Positions 54,961 through 64,000 of a stretch of DNA of 64,000 bases are shown here, in pieces. This DNA comes from Lingula anatina (taxonomy: Eukaryota > Animalia > Brachiopoda). The translations under genes and the position numbers were made by a program. The number at the start of each line of letters is the position of its first letter. Position 1 is the stretch's first letter. The DNA is taken from positions 27,844,401 to 27,908,400 of the forward strand of contig CM120641.1 of NCBI GenBank assembly GCA_051362555.1, in the 5' to 3' direction. The notes beneath the pieces were generated by a model. That model saw only the letters and a program-made list of their open reading frames with translations. It did no database searches and was not told where the DNA came from.

Positions 54961-56066
54961 CTGAAATGGGAAAATTTAGCTACTGAGAAACTGCTGAAAA
55001 TGTTTCACTTTTCAGTGTATAAAGTCAAACATGATAAGAGGAATTGTTACTGTTCAGAACTTCATATTAATATGAGTGTCAGGAAAACCTCACAAGTGAG
55101 AGTGGGATCATGATCAATACAACTGCATTTAATTTTTTAATTAAACTAGAAAAAGACCTTTGGTTACCAATTCATCTGAGAAAAGTTGTGAAATACATAA
55201 GATCAAGGATGAAAAAAATGTAAAGATGAAACTTTTTTAAGGCCCATTAGTGAAAAGTTTTTAAAAAAACCAAAACACCACTGAACAATTTTTCCAATAT
55301 GTGATATTCTGCTATTTTAGAGCCTATACTTCATACAAATGTAAATATAAAACTTGTTTTAGTATTACTAATTTTACAAACTCAAAACTTATGCATTTAT
55401 ACACAAACCACATACTAGACTCTTGTGTATAACTACTGATATTGGACGACATTAGGTGTGCCAGATGCAATAAGACAGCAAAGCAATTGTTGCTAATTAT
55501 CTTCCAGAGTAAGCACATAGTGTCAACATTCATGGAATGCTGTGTCAGCCTTGAAATATGCTCCACAATTTCTATACATGCATAAACATACTTTTTCACT
55601 GACAGTGCTGAATAGATATAGAAAGTTCAAAATAATGTGTTTTAATTGATACTTAACACCGAACACTTACATTTTCTGATTTTCTGTCAGTGACATCAAA
55701 AGTGAACTTAATGTCCAGTGAATTTGCAATTCACCTGCAGTCAATGTCAATATACAAAGTTGACATTATTTAATAGGGGTTCACTCTTATACATAAGGTT
55801 CAGAAAATTATGCATCTATTCTTTATTTTTTAATAGTGAAACAGGGGAAATGCTTCCATTATGACAGACTGGTTTCAATCAACCAGTTAAAATACAACAT
55901 GCTCAGAGCATCAGAGATTGGTAATCCAAAGTTATTATTAATATTTACTAAAACTTAATCACTTCCATTATGCACTGGTTTAAGCATATCCCATTCAGAA
56001 CACACTATCAGTTTCCATTGGAACAATTCAGTATTGATCAGCCTCAACAAACAACTTTCATCTTAC

Positions 56067-56153
56067 CTTTCTCTTTCTCCTGAAGCTAAGAGTGGTGTAC
56101 GTTTTCTCATGTCGCGATCCCTGCTCATTTTTACACGACAGACAAGCACCCAT
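56067..56153 (-). CDS. Candidate alternative first coding exon of nesprin encoding an N-acylation signal (MGACLSCKNEQGSRHEKTYTTLSFRRKRK)
   Basis: ATG in atcATGG context at 56153; 29 codons; phase-0 donor AAG|gtaaga, compatible with the phase-0 acceptor at 54960. Confidence 0.6.
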
Positions 56154-57832
56154 GATGCCCTCATTTTTTACCTGAACCCTGAGTCCAAACACATACTAAA
56201 GCAGCTCTATTTCATTTGCAAATTTTTCTCTGCATAAACAAGTTTTTGCATCATATTGCTGTCTAATTTATACCATTGGTTCATGTATGGTTTTTCAAAA
56301 TTGTTCCTAAATAACAGTGATGGTTGTAACTGGACACTGGGCAGTACAATGATTTACATGACGCAGCATTGCTTAATATGTATGCCCTTAGTCCTGTTTG
56401 AGTTCAGGTGTCACATTATTCTCTCAATTTCCTATCCTCAGTTAACGCATGCCCTGAACTTGATTGTTATCCTAATGGATTTTCTAAGATTATTCCTGCC
56501 ATTTGCAATCATTTCCATCTCCATTTTTCATCTCGGAATCTTATTTTTCTGTAGAACACTTCACCAACTCTTGGCACTGCAAACTGCCACTAACTAATTG
56601 ATTGAATGGCACTGCAATGGCCTGTCTACTAGCTCATTGAAAATTTAAGCAAACAGTTCAGTTATACTATAATCACTTTAGCCTGTGTTAATTATTGACC
56701 ACTGTAAACAAATGTACACTCAATATCAACGAATCAAAAGTGGGATTTTCTTGTAAGGTGTAGATTAATGATAACACCATGTTAAAATTCTGAGCCCCAT
56801 TACTTAGAGATATGCAGGACATGAGAATGCTCCATTTTGAGAAAGTTATCAAATCTGCCTTCTTTTCAGAAGCATTTATTGCCGTGTAACAGCCTTTGAT
56901 GAAAGGCTGAGTCAATATTGTAGGTCTAATTGATTACCAATATATGGACGCATTCTTAAGGTTTTCATTACCCAATACTCGGTATGTAAACACTGAACAC
57001 AGCAACATAATATCATATCCTTTTTTCAATAATTGTATTTATTTTAGGTGGCAGGTTTATGGCCTCACATCATGTATCAATCACATAAATTGGTTACATT
57101 TTGCAAATCGATAAAGTTTTTTTTTTTTTATACATGAATGTACTTTAGTTCAAAATCAAATACTTTTTGTATTATTTGTGAGGGTAAACCTTGGCTTACA
57201 TCTATACAAGACAAAAAGCAAACAAATTCTTTATCAAAAAAAATTTATAGTAATACTGCTTGAAAATATTGACAAAAATGGAAACCATTGTAAAATCTTA
57301 CATAATTCCATTTTAAATTCTCAAAGAACAGAAAGCACAAAACCATTAATTTCTTCTCCTTTAAACGACTAGTATGATAGGATACATTTAATTTTCTGGC
57401 CTAAGCAGTTTCAAATATATAAATCACATCATATTGGGTTGATAATATTTCTAACATCTACTTTAAATGAAAAATACCAAATCAAAATAATCAGCAAAAT
57501 TTTCAGAAGGCACTTCAATTACTTAATATCGGTGGACAAATGTTATGCGAAAAGTTCAAATTGTTTACCCTTTTAATATAAAAAAGCTTCACATATATGC
57601 TTTTTCAAGTATAAATGACTGTTACCCTGAAAATTTGAAAAATTTATCAAATCAAAATACAATTAAAAATATTATGCATGATCTGGAAAGTGTAACAAAA
57701 TACTTTCATGAATTACAGTGGGATATAAATTTCCTGAACAAAGTGACTCCCTTTCTTAGGTGGTATATGAGAAAAATATTTCATCCAACACGCAACTTCA
57801 ATTCTGTCCTATATGTTTAATTGAATGAACTT

Positions 57833-60445
57833 CTATGTTTCTATCAGATCCTTTAAAAGGGATCTTTTCATGGTCTCAGTAGTCTCTTTCATATCTCTAG
57901 CCATTTTTGTAGCTTTGGCAATAGCAACATCCATATCCTGCTTGACCTTTTTATCCTTTTGTTTAGCACTCTTATGTTCTTTCTTATCAGACAGTCCTGC
58001 TGACCCGTATTCCCTGGTGAATTCCCTGGGTGTGGCTCTTCTTGGAAATGGAGGAGACCTGGCTAGGTTCACAGGCACTGGGATTTGAGTGCGTTGGGAT
58101 GTGACAGGAGTGGTTGTGACAGGCACAGCTAACACAATGGGTTGAGGTGGTGGTGCTTGTGGTGGTTGTGGTGTGTTGACAAGCTGTACAGGGGGCTCGG
58201 TGACAAATATCATGTTTGGAGAGTTAGGTGGTGCCATAGGCATGGAAGACTGGGGCCTGGGAATGACTTGCCTATCAGGAGGCAACCAGGGACTTCTTGG
58301 TACTCTAAGAGCGTGTTGGCCTGTTGGATAGTTGGGTGCTTGTTCTCTTCTCTGCTGCCTTGGTGAAGGTTCTTCATATCTGAACGAGTCTCTCTGTTGG
58401 GATCCAGTTCTATTTCTTGTCCTGTCTGGCAACAGCGGATACCTGCCTTCCAGTCTATCACTTAAACTCCTGGAGTGCCTATCATTATGTTGTGCTGAAG
58501 AATCCAGTGTACTCACGGGTTTTCTGTGCCACAGTATGGGTTCCCTGGCACTATGGCTCCTATGGTGCCTTGGTTGATCAGGTGTATTTGAAGGTGCATC
58601 CACCTCCATGGGCATGTCTCTGTTATCCATATCATCCTTTATCTTCCTAACTTCATCAATCAAGTTTCTAATTGCACTATTCCTGGGGTTTTCACGGCCT
58701 TTCCTTTTTGGTTTGCTTTTTACAGGAGTCTGAGTTTGACTGCTAGTATGTAATGGGGTCTGATTAGTGGCATCAGCTACCAAATTCTCAGTTTGACTTG
58801 AAATACTCCATGGTCTAACAGAGACTAGAGTATCTGCATCACTGTCAAATACATACTTAGGTTTAGTTCCATCCAAAGTCTTCAATTTTGGATTATCTTT
58901 TACATTTTTATCAACACGATTCAATTTTGTTGGAACCAAATCGAGATCTTCATCATTCCTCATTGACTTAGTCTTGGGCAGAGATTCCCTAGAACTAGAT
59001 TTTTTCTTTAATTTCTTTGAATCTTTGTCTTTCTTTTGCTTCAAATGCTTCCAATGATGTCTGCTTGGAGTCTGTGTAGCTGCATGGTCTGGTGTCTGAG
59101 TGGAATGATTTGATATTGTTTGACCACCAAAATCTCTCATTTGTGGAATGTTTTCTTGGGAAACTATTGAAGATGCAGACGGAAAAACATCCATTTGCAT
59201 GGGACTTTCCCTTCCTCTAACAACAGGCAATCCAAAAGGTCTTCTCTCCTGTCTCCTGGTCTGTGGTGAAGGCTGTGTCAGAGGTTTCTCAGAAGTTTGT
59301 GTTCCAGCATGTCCTGTAGTTTGCATAGTATTGTTTCTTAATCCCTGACCTGAAGAATCCAAGGTACCTGGTACCTTCAAATTTCTTCCAGTACCAAGTG
59401 CTTGGAACATATTCCCTAATGTTCCACTTGGCACTTGGTTTCTGAAGTTTCTGTAATGTGTTTGTGTGCCAACATGTCCTGGGGTCTGTGTGGACCCACT
59501 TCTCACAGTCTGCATTGAAAAGTCATATGTTTGCCTTGGACTAGAAGTGCTTTCAGGTTCTATGACCATGGTCTGTGTACCAGCATGGCCAGGGGTTTGT
59601 GTCACACTATCTCTAATAGTCTGCATTGAGAAATCCCTTGTAATGACAGGAACCTGGGTGTCCAAGGTAGTCCAAGAAGCAGTTACACTTATGGTGTCCT
59701 CTTCACCTTCTGAGCTTTGAGAGTTGCGATCAAAATTTCTAAATTGATTTCCAGTTCCACTGGACCTATCCATCATAGTTGACTGTAGAGGACCTAATGA
59801 GTTGTCTGTTTGAGTTCCGTAGTGAAGACCTGGCAATCTAAGACTAGAATCATTATGTACCGGTGAAGTACCCCGACCAACCTGAAGAGGTCTTAACATT
59901 GAGTTTCTTAAAGTATCTTGACTAATTTGTTCAATTTCCTGTGGTGCATCTTGATTATCCACAGCAGGACTACTACTGCCATCTAGAATAGTAGAACTAT
60001 TCTGTGATGCAGGCATGGTGCCACTGGTAGAACCCTGGAATGTATACACAGTCTCCCCCAGTCCAGATTCATCACTCTCATACTCCAGCTCATCTGGCCA
60101 CAGTTTCTTCCTCCCCCTGGGGGTACTGCGACCAGACCCTGTCCTGGGGGAATTGGCATCACTTGGATGAAGCCATGGAGTGGTCCTACCAGATCTTGAT
60201 CTGGGGGTATTGGTACCACTTTGGGTGTCCCTTGGGGTGGTCTGGTCTGTTTTAGGGCTATTGGTGTCAGTGTCATTACACTTTGCTCGAGTCCTATGGG
60301 ACCGAGACTGGGATGTTTGTCTACCACTCTGTGGCAGTCTTGGTGTGACGCCACCTGATGGTGACCTTGCCATCCCTCTTGACCTTGATGAGTGACCTTC
60401 ACCTAGGGTTTGCGTCCCACACTCATGACTATCCATGGCACCAGG
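57833..60445 (-). CDS. ~870-codon intrinsically disordered ORF with multiple TQT motifs; probable alternative terminal exon of nesprin (or nested gene)
   Basis: An uninterrupted 2.6-kb ORF in AT-rich intron. In-frame phase-0 acceptor tgtttgtatgtctag|CCTGGTGCCATGG at 60445, strong Kozak ATG at 60436, stop at 57833. Minus-strand AATAAA at 57038-57043 and 56875-56880. Confidence 0.85.
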   Translation of the reverse strand, partial: PGAMDSHECGTQTLGEGHSSRSRGMARSPSGGVTPRLPQSGRQTSQSRSHRTRAKCNDTDTNSPKTDQTTPRDTQSGTNTPRSRSGRTTPWLHPSDANSPRTGSGRSTPRGRKKLWPDELEYESDESGLGETVYTFQGSTSGTMPASQNSSTILDGSSSPAVDNQDAPQEIEQISQDTLRNSMLRPLQVGRGTSPVHNDSSLRLPGLHYGTQTDNSLGPLQSTMMDRSSGTGNQFRNFDRNSQSSEGEEDTISVTASWTTLDTQVPVITRDFSMQTIRDSVTQTPGHAGTQTMVIEPESTSSPRQTYDFSMQTVRSGSTQTPGHVGTQTHYRNFRNQVPSGTLGNMFQALGTGRNLKVPGTLDSSGQGLRNNTMQTTGHAGTQTSEKPLTQPSPQTRRQERRPFGLPVVRGRESPMQMDVFPSASSIVSQENIPQMRDFGGQTISNHSTQTPDHAATQTPSRHHWKHLKQKKDKDSKKLKKKSSSRESLPKTKSMRNDEDLDLVPTKLNRVDKNVKDNPKLKTLDGTKPKYVFDSDADTLVSVRPWSISSQTENLVADATNQTPLHTSSQTQTPVKSKPKRKGRENPRNSAIRNLIDEVRKIKDDMDNRDMPMEVDAPSNTPDQPRHHRSHSAREPILWHRKPVSTLDSSAQHNDRHSRSLSDRLEGRYPLLPDRTRNRTGSQQRDSFRYEEPSPRQQRREQAPNYPTGQHALRVPRSPWLPPDRQVIPRPQSSMPMAPPNSPNMIFVTEPPVQLVNTPQPPQAPPPQPIVLAVPVTTTPVTSQRTQIPVPVNLARSPPFPRRATPREFTREYGSAGLSDKKEHKSAKQKDKKVKQDMDVAIAKATKMARDMKETTETMKRSLLKDLIET

Positions 60446-61115
60446 CTAGACATACAAACAACCCATGTGTTAACACAACTTGAAATGGCATTGTTGCACA
60501 CAGCAAGCTCCTGCAGTTGCCCTCTGAATTTTGCCCTTTATAGGTATTTTACAGTCCAGGTAGGTCGACTAGATCATACACCTCATACAAATATGGGGGA
60601 TGTTCCATGGGTAAAACAGCTTTGGGTGGTAGTTTTAAGGAATAGTTTAAAAGAGAAGGCAGCAGCCATGGCAAAGAGTATTAATGGTGAGTCAATGTAT
60701 CATTCTCTGATATAAGATGTCAATCAGACCATATTTCACTTCATTCCATAAAAATCATTAAATTAGCCAAACGGTTGCTTATTTCTCTATTTTGATAAGC
60801 TGTCTAATATATTCATCACACTTACAAAATTATAAAATTAAATCTAATATCTACCAAAATGTAACAGACAGTTTTTAGCCTACCATCTCAATATTCACAA
60901 TCATATTTCAAGATTTGATTATATGCAACATGCCAATATAAAGCATCAGCTTGCAGCTTGAACTGAAGCTGGATAATATGATTAATATAAAATCACTGGC
61001 AAATTATGCAACAAGTGGTTACATATTAAAGAAATCTATTTTAACATTTAATTAGAAGTTAGCACATAATGGTTATTCATATGCCACCAAAAAATCATAT
61101 TAGAATTTTTTTGTC

Positions 61116-61701
61116 AATGGTCTATTTTTGTAACAACAGTTTTATATTTTTTTGCCATGCAATTATTTATTTTGGTGTAACTTGCAGTTACCATTTTTAT
61201 CAAAAAAATGTATAATTATTATTTTATAGTTCAATGTTCATGATCCAGTCAAGATTGGAAACATACATATAATACAGAAGACAACTTGAAATAATGTGGA
61301 AAAGTGACAATATTCACTTGTTGTGTATAAAATATATATAGGTATGATATTTGCAAATTGTGCTGAAAGTTCCATTGATCTGATGAAGAAAAATAAGACA
61401 GATTTGAAAATATTTTACTAAATGGTCTACTTTTGTAACATCAGTTTTCTTGCCATGCAATTATTGATTTTAGTGTATCTTGCAATTCCTATTTTCAACA
61501 CAAAATTGTATATTTATCATAATTCAGTTAAATGTTCATGATTTATTCCAATCAAGATTGGAGAGATAAAGGATACAGAAGACGATGTGAAATAATGTGG
61601 AAAAGTGATGGAATATGAAGCTTGTGGTGTGTAAATGTGTGTAAAATATACAGGTGTGACATTTGCAATCTGTGATGAAAGTTCCATTGACTTCATGAAG
61701 A
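61116..61701. repeat. Diverged tandem duplication (~305-bp period, 2 copies)
   Basis: aatggtcta..ttgccatgcaattatt..tcaagattgga..gaaataatgtggaaaagtga..gaaagttccattga recurs at 61116 and 61421. Confidence 0.85.
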
Positions 61702-62771
61702 TGTGATTAGTGTTAGAAGTCAAAAGCAAGCCACTCAACAAGGAAAAATTCAACCAGGAAAACAAGCACAGCAAAAATGGGCAAAAGCTGTTAGGATAAG
61801 GGACATGCAATACAAAACCACTAAATTGCTGCTTTACCCACTAACACCACTGTTACAAAACAGAAATCAATTTCTACTCATGCAATTTTTCAGAAACAAT
61901 TTCATTTTTTTTTTTGGCTATTTCATCTGCAGGAGCTACATGCTAACACAACAATGAGAACCTGAGAATGCACTACTTTGTTAATATAAAGAGTTTAAAT
62001 ATTTTTGATCTATAATTTAATAAGATTGACTAAATTAAACCCAATACTAGAAATGCATACAAGTAAAATCATACCAATGTAAAATCTATTTTTGTAAGTT
62101 TTTAAAAAGTTTCTTTAAGGAATATGACAATAAAGAAATCTACTTATTTATCAAGATTTTTTCATTAACCCCGCCAGCAGCTTGTTACATCCAAATAATA
62201 AATTGCAACAAAATAAACCATAAATTAAAATTAAGCAAACAAAGTAAACATACGTTGAAATCAAAACATATTCGCAAATAAAACTCAAATTATATATCAC
62301 TGTTAGTTTTGATCATTCACTGTTAGAGGATTAAAGCTTTAATATTTCAGCAATATTGCCACATCCATGAAAGGAGTCCTAGCTAGGTTACTTGTCTTTA
62401 CTTGTCTGCATAAAATAACTGAGTGAAAAAAGTTTTATAAATGAAAATCCTTTCATTCTTTTTAGCAACTTACTGATGTAATTCAAAGAAAAAAATTTAA
62501 GAGTACTTGAAGATTTTTCAATAAAATACCAAACATATACCAAAGCCATATTGAGTATCCTTTCATGGATCTGTAGTATTAAACCACGTTGACAAAAAAT
62601 GATATTAATAAATAAAATCAAAATAAACAAGCCTTCAAAAACACATGATCAACTCACCTCTACAACTTCTATAAGGAGCTTCCATCAGGAATAAAGCTTA
62701 AAGCACACATCAATCCACAACAAGGACCAGGTGAAACAGGACAGTTCACATAAGCCAGCTGATGAGCTATA

Positions 62772-62935
62772 GGCCGCATTCAGAGGAGCGGACTAACTAG
62801 TCCGCGGGTCAAATATGGTGATCCACTAAAAAGCTTGCTGTCTAATCCACTAATAGATTCCCCCTGGGAAAGTATTCAAGTGGGTCGGCCATATTTGACC
62901 TTCGGACTTGTTAGTCCACTGTTCTGAATGCGGCC
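62772..62935. mobile_element. MITE with ~55-bp imperfect TIRs (Tourist/PIF-like termini)
   Basis: ggccgcattcaga..ggactaac.agtccg..ggtcaaatatgg..ccact is mirrored by agtgg..ccatatttgacc..cggact.gttagtcc..tctgaatgcggcc; flanks ata/atg. Confidence 0.8.
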
Positions 62936-64000
62936 ATGTAGGAACTCTATTGAAGGTTAGTGAGCAGCAGGGTTACCATAGGTTAGGTGTTAGGTTTGGT
63001 TACAAGCACATGTAGTTATTATCAGTTTGCATTTATTTTATGTATCACAAGGGTTATTCAATTTTGCACAATGTACGAGGATTTTGCATTCATGGTGCCC
63101 ATGTACACATGAATCAAATGTTTTATCTTTCATTTTGAATATCACTGACAGAAAACATCAATCACAGAAGGATTGACATTTTGAGAATATTCACTGCCAA
63201 TAACAGGCTTGGCAATATGGGTAATTATTCATTTGCAGACCCCATTTTTCCACATTTAACCTTCCAATACTGCACTCATAAAACGGAGAACAAGATTAAA
63301 ATATCCGAAATTATACCTCACAAATAAACAACCCCTACTTCAATACCAGAATGAGGAAATACTGCATTATTTGCCAGATGTTCTCAATATTTAGAGGCAT
63401 TTATGTGTAGCAAATATATAAATCCATCAAAACCCCACCAGGCTTTCAAGAAAGTGAGTGTCTCATCCAGTATTTTATTGCAATATTCTACTCTAGCAAA
63501 ACTAACAACTGTGAATGTGTTTGCTGATCTTACAAAGTAACTGCAAGGACATGTATTATATTCTTCTTTCTTAGCTAGGTCCCACTATGTTGTAATAATA
63601 TACCAGCTGTAGCTATTTCTATGTAGTACAGAAATTCTAAAAAAATTCAAAACAGATATTTGTCCTCTTTCTAGCCTTAACCTACAATAACCTATGGAAC
63701 TAAAAGTATTGGCACAAGCTAATAGTTACACTATACAAACAGCCATTTTACAGCTTGTAAACAGAATAAAAGATGGGTACAGCTAAATAGTCATGTCACT
63801 GGCATTTCCTAAACATACATTTAGTAAACTACATTTAATACTGCAGATAAAACTTTTCCAGTGCCCAACTAAGTTTACTGAAACAGCCTTATTTGGTATA
63901 TTTTAATACATCTTTAAACTTGATTGCTAGGAAGATTCCCTCTTACAAATGAAAGACAGTGATTTTCTAAAATAAATTTTCCAATTATAATTGATTAACA

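Noticed and set aside
57833-60436. 867-aa ORF as a transposon or viral gene
   Set aside because: No RT, integrase, transposase, Rep/helicase or gag zinc-knuckle motifs, and no LTR, TIR or TSD around it; it has host-type splice and poly(A) signals.
60446-64000. Further spectrin-repeat exons upstream of the TQT exon
   Set aside because: None found by eye. The short ORFs at 60410, 61517, 61703 and 62388 look non-coding, so the upstream nesprin exons, if present, are outside the window; the link to an N-terminal half is therefore unproven.
1-64000. tRNA, rRNA or other structured RNA genes
   Set aside because: No cloverleaf, A/B-box pair or rRNA-like segment recognised; a covariance-model scan would be needed to exclude intronic snoRNAs or miRNAs.

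Overview
AT-rich, intron-dense animal genomic DNA, probably from a lophotrochozoan or mollusc-like invertebrate (inferred from intron style and repeat types). It holds three spliced genes: a two-pore-domain K+ channel (K2P, TREK/TALK-like; minus strand, ~1.5-4.1 kb), a SPATA7 orthologue head-to-head with it (plus strand, 7.2-12.8 kb), and the 3' part of a giant nesprin/SYNE1-like gene (minus strand). For nesprin I traced 60 phase-consistent exons (~4,700 codons) ending in a KASH domain, PPPV-stop. A Helentron-type non-autonomous element carrying a 146-bp satellite lies between the convergent SPATA7 and nesprin ends; small MITEs and microsatellites occur elsewhere. The most striking structure is the long phase-0 nesprin intron from 54961 to the window end. 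It contains (i) an ~870-codon disordered exon/ORF with about 17 QT/TQT (LC8-type) motifs and an AKNA-like C-terminal helix, preceded by an in-frame acceptor, and (ii) a 29-codon candidate first exon, MGACLSCK...RRKRK (myristoylation/palmitoylation plus polybasic signal), that splices in frame onto the KASH half. Together these suggest the giant gene can be split into a KASH-less LC8/centrosome-type isoform and a lipid-anchored KASH isoform. All exon models are read by eye and lack transcript support; comparisons with human proteins are from memory.
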